Below are positions 28,865 through 32,000 of a DNA stretch of 32,000 nt, piece by piece (the first letter of the stretch is position 1; the number at the start of each line of letters is the position of its first letter). Both the position numbers and the translations under genes were made by a program. The stretch spans positions 6,486 through 38,485 of the forward strand of contig NC_001732.1 of assembly GCF_000091665.1 (NCBI RefSeq), given 5' to 3'. Source of the stretch: Methanocaldococcus jannaschii DSM 2661. GTDB taxonomy: Archaea; AGJL01; Methanococci; Methanococcales; Methanocaldococcaceae. The notes beneath the pieces were generated by a model, which made no database searches, was not told the DNA's origin, and saw only the letters and a list, made by a program, of their open reading frames with translations.

Positions 28865-29624
28865 TGGTCACTCACCTTACTGTGGGTAGTATATATTCAT
28901 TGGTCACATCTCTTGGTCATACACCTCGACCATGCCTACACTAAATACTCCCTAATGTTGCAATACCTTAACATATAATGCAATACAATACTGAGCTCTT
29001 TTGATACAATCTATGTAATTTAAAGAGTATAAGAAACATTTTCAGGGGGCGACCATTTCTATATTATTTTTTGAAGTATATAAACTTTTAGTTATTTTTT
29101 GAATTTGTATATTTGGATTTATATCATATAACTTTTTCTGAAAATTTTTCCTGACATATCTATTAGGTAGTTAGTATATATATATTTTTCGGATTTTTGC
29201 ATGTTTTTACACTTTATCTTCTAATTTTATAACTAAAAGTTTATATTTTTCAAATAAAAAGGTTTATATACTATGAAATCATAGTATTGCTTGATTACAA
29301 AATTATTTTTTTGATAATAATGCCTATTTTTTCTTAATTCGTTGTGTGGTTGATAAAATTGTTAGCAGCATTTATGTTTTATATTTTAAAAAGAAAAGCA
29401 TTAAATCTACATTTATTGTTATTATCTTATTTTTTGTGTCTTTTTTATCTTCTGTAAACTCTTATAAATCTCTTATATAGTATTATAATTATTCTATAAA
29501 AATATGTGGATTAAGTTGGGTAAGAAAAATGTGCGAAATAGGGGCTAAAATAATATTAAAACATTAATGTCTTTTGTCTAGTGTTACATTTTTAGTTACG
29601 TCTTTAACCACTTTTATTAGTACA

Positions 29625-29650
29625 GTGAATTGGCGTTGAATTCAATTTAC
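29625..29650. repeat. Palindromic element copy 5, degenerate: GTGAATTGGCGTTGAATTCAATTTAC
   Basis: Same position 3' of the histone gene as copies 1 and 2. Confidence 0.6.
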
Positions 29651-29731
29651 AAAAGAGACATTCTATATATATAATTTACTTATAATTATATTCAAAAATA
29701 GTGTTATAATAAACAAATGGATAAAATGGGC

Positions 29732-29935
29732 TTATTTCTTTAAAGCTAATTTTATATCTTCAACTTTTACTGTTTTTCTCTTTGCGTGCTTAGCTAAATC
29801 AACTGCTTCCTTAGCAATTTCTAATGCAATTTCTTCAAATGCCTCTGCTAAGTATTCTGCTGCAGCCCTACTAACTCTTTCAGCTCCAACTTTTTTCAAG
29901 ATTCTCTCAAATGGTGCAACTGGAAGCTCAGTCAC
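29732..29935 (-). CDS. Archaeal histone
   Basis: [67 protein letters not shown]. Confidence 0.97.
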
Positions 29936-30199
29936 AACACTACCTCTTTGTATATGTAGAGTGTAGAAGCTCTAATAACCTACAAAGTGGGAGTTCAAAT
30001 TTGCTAAACTTTAAGCTCCCTTAATGGAAACTCGAAACTAAAATAAGTAAAACCATAATACAATAATACAATCATTCAATAATATCATAAAATCATAATT
30101 TAGTAATGCAATAATCCAATAACTCCACAATAACATAATAAAATAACTTTGAGTTTCCACTAAAAGAAATTCAAAGGTGGGGTTAATAAATTTCTTATA

Positions 30200-30223
30200 T
30201 GAATTGACTTCAAAGTCAATTCA
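30200..30223. repeat. Palindromic element copy 6: TGAATTGACTTCAAAGTCAATTCA
   Basis: Perfect arms. Confidence 0.9.
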
Positions 30224-30550
30224 CAAAAAAGAAATGTCACCCATCACATCATAAACACATCCACCGACATACTAATCAAAATTTAATTATTGAATTATTA
30301 AATTAAACAATAACATAATAACATAATTATTACATTATGTTATTATTTAAAATAACCATAAAACTCCAGATAGTATTATTGGGTCCTCGTAAAAATATAG
30401 TCGTTCAATTGAACCATAATATTGCTAATATTGGTCATTCTACTGAACCAATATATAAATGTTTTTTATCATTAGTTAGGGTTCAAATTGGCAACTTCAC
30501 CTTATTTATATAGTATTTCATGAAAATGTAGTAATTTTCAAACTACTATT

Positions 30551-30574
30551 TGAATTAACTTTAAAATCAGTTAA
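30551..30574. repeat. Palindromic element copy 7, degenerate: TGAATTAACTTTAAAATCAGTTAA
   Basis: Related to the consensus; abuts the ATPase relic. Confidence 0.5.
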
Positions 30575-30661
30575 AAGAAATATTTTATTCTTAATCCTAT
30601 TGAGGGAACTTTAAAACCACAAAGTTATTTGGTTTGGAATGCAATAAAAAGAGTACTGTAA
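30575..30661 (+). pseudogene. C-terminal relic of the archaeal AAA ATPase family
   Basis: RNILFL(frameshift)[22 protein letters not shown], nearly identical to the C-termini of the ATPases at 8945 and 10059. Confidence 0.85.
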
Positions 30662-30662
30662 A

Positions 30663-31124
30663 TTATTCTTTAATTATCTCAATAAAATCTACTTTTTCAA
30701 AGTCAGAATCAAAGGTAGCTAATTTATTTATCCTATAATATTTACAAGTGGCTATTATGATTGCATCGTTTGTTAAAAGGTTGTATTTTTTACCTATTTC
30801 AGGAGCTAATTTTAAAACTTCCCAATTTGTATCTAATATTTTTAAGTAGTTCATTTTAATCATTTTATCAATTTTTTCTCTAACTTCTTCATATACCCAA
30901 GAATATCTATTTAAATTCTTTTTTAAATCATAAACTCCTCTAATTCCATCTTCTAATGCTATATGAAATGTCACTTTAAACATTGTTTCAGAAAAGACTA
31001 TTGGATTTATGCATAACATAAAACCATCATTTATTAGTTTAGATAATAATTTATGAGCTTTTTCATCTCCAATAAATAATCCAACCATGACTGAAGAATC
31101 AATAAAAACATTAGAAGGACTCAT
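30663..31124 (-). CDS. PIN-domain VapC-like toxin
   Basis: NVFIDSSVMVGLF, SETMFKV, NLLTNDAIIIATCKYY, LATFDSDFEKVDFIEI: the expected PIN acidic residues are present. Confidence 0.9.
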   Translation of the reverse strand: MSPSNVFIDSSVMVGLFIGDEKAHKLLSKLINDGFMLCINPIVFSETMFKVTFHIALEDGIRGVYDLKKNLNRYSWVYEEVREKIDKMIKMNYLKILDTNWEVLKLAPEIGKKYNLLTNDAIIIATCKYYRINKLATFDSDFEKVDFIEIIKE

Positions 31125-31308
31125 AATATGCCTCTTTTAATTTTTTATAATCGATATCTTTACACTTTTTTATTATCATAGATTTTAAAAACTCTTCTAC
31201 ATCATCATTAACAATTTTAATTTTTAATCTCTTTTTACCCTTTATTTTTAATGGTTTTAATGGTTTTAAAACTCCATCTTCGTAAATAACTTCAATAATT
31301 TCTGACAT
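31111..31308 (-). CDS. DUF104/AF2212-like VapB antitoxin
   Basis: MSEIIEVIYEDGVLKPLKPLKIKGKKRLKIKI; overlaps the PIN gene; GGTGAT before ATG 31308. Confidence 0.85.
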   Translation of the reverse strand: MSEIIEVIYEDGVLKPLKPLKIKGKKRLKIKIVNDDVEEFLKSMIIKKCKDIDYKKLKEAYYESF

Positions 31309-31541
31309 ATAAATCACCAGAGGCCTTTATTTTTCTATTTTTCTAAGGTAATATTTAAACCTTCTTTCGAAGTGTATATTATTGTTTTTTGAGAATTGAG
31401 AAAAGTTTAATTTGACAGTTTCTTAAATGATAGACAGAGAGTATATGATAATTATATATTTAACTTTTTATTATTTTATACTCTTCGTTTATACTCCCTT
31501 ATCTTGGTTTCTGAACGTGCAGCATTTTTAGGCTGCCACCT

Positions 31542-31565
31542 GAATTGACTTTAAAGTCAATGCAC
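31542..31565. repeat. Palindromic element copy 8: TGAATTGACTTTAAAGTCAATGCA
   Basis: One mismatch from a perfect dyad. Confidence 0.8.
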
Positions 31566-32000
31566 TCTCTTTCTAACGATGAATATATAACATATAAACA
31601 GAGAAATAATACTACTAAAACATCTATATTTAAAGGTGGTGCTTACATTTTTCTTATTTTTCTCCCCCTCCCTCTCGGGCTCTCCCCTCCCCCTCTTTTT
31701 AATTTTTCTATTTTAAAATTTAAATTAATATAATTATTAATTTGACAATTTGACAAGTTTTTTTATTTTTTATTATTGTTTTATTTTGATTGTATTTTTT
31801 GTTTTTGTTTGTTTTTATCCTATTTTTTTGCTTGTTTTGTTTTCTTTTGTTTTTTGTTTGATTGTATTTTGCATCGGTATTTTGTATTTTCTTTAGTAGG
31901 AGTTTGTATTATGTTTTTATTGTATTGTTGGATTATGTTGTCATGTTATTATTGTATTATTTAGTTATTGTATTATAATTTGTATTTTGTATTTCCTTAA

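Noticed and set aside
3675-31565. Interpreting the palindromes as a CRISPR array
   Set aside because: Copies are dispersed over 28 kb in different contexts with no regular spacer arrangement.
31776-31964. 62-aa Phe/Cys-rich plus ORF
   Set aside because: Low-complexity T-rich translation with no start signal; compositional artefact.

Overview
AT-rich archaeal window with very low coding GC, GGTGA/GGGTGA ribosome-binding sites, an archaeal histone, an MCM homologue and a ParA-type partition ATPase. It is most consistent with an extrachromosomal element, or integrated plasmid, of a Methanocaldococcus-like hyperthermophilic methanogen; this assignment is inference. Main content: a truncated HerA-like ATPase (1-903, -); an AbrB-like protein; a decaying AAA ATPase + TOPRIM pair whose ATPase has one in-frame TAA; a divergent MCM-like protein with altered Walker A and arginine-finger region; archaeal-type AAA ATPase paralogues (one frameshifted, two intact) plus C-terminal relics; TPR-like genes; a phosphatase convergent with a Cys-rich HhH-like protein; a large beta-propeller-repeat protein; ParA and a small partner; a C2H2 zinc finger + Sm/Hfq-like fusion; a 1272-aa primase-like + SF2 helicase fusion; an intact histone with two decayed copies; and a VapBC-type PIN module. 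The most notable non-genic signals are: (1) a family of about eight 24-26 nt dyad palindromes (GTGAATTGACTT-NN-AAGTCAATTCAC) at module boundaries and 3' of every histone copy; (2) three loci where an ATPase C-terminus and a convergent PIN-like C-terminus meet with an identical 1-nt spacer, with different parts eroded at each locus; (3) a GC-rich, probably structured RNA at 10.33-10.42 kb; (4) two perfect long hairpins at 12.3 and 12.65 kb; and (5) duplicated non-coding blocks. No CRISPR array, rRNA or tRNA was recognised.
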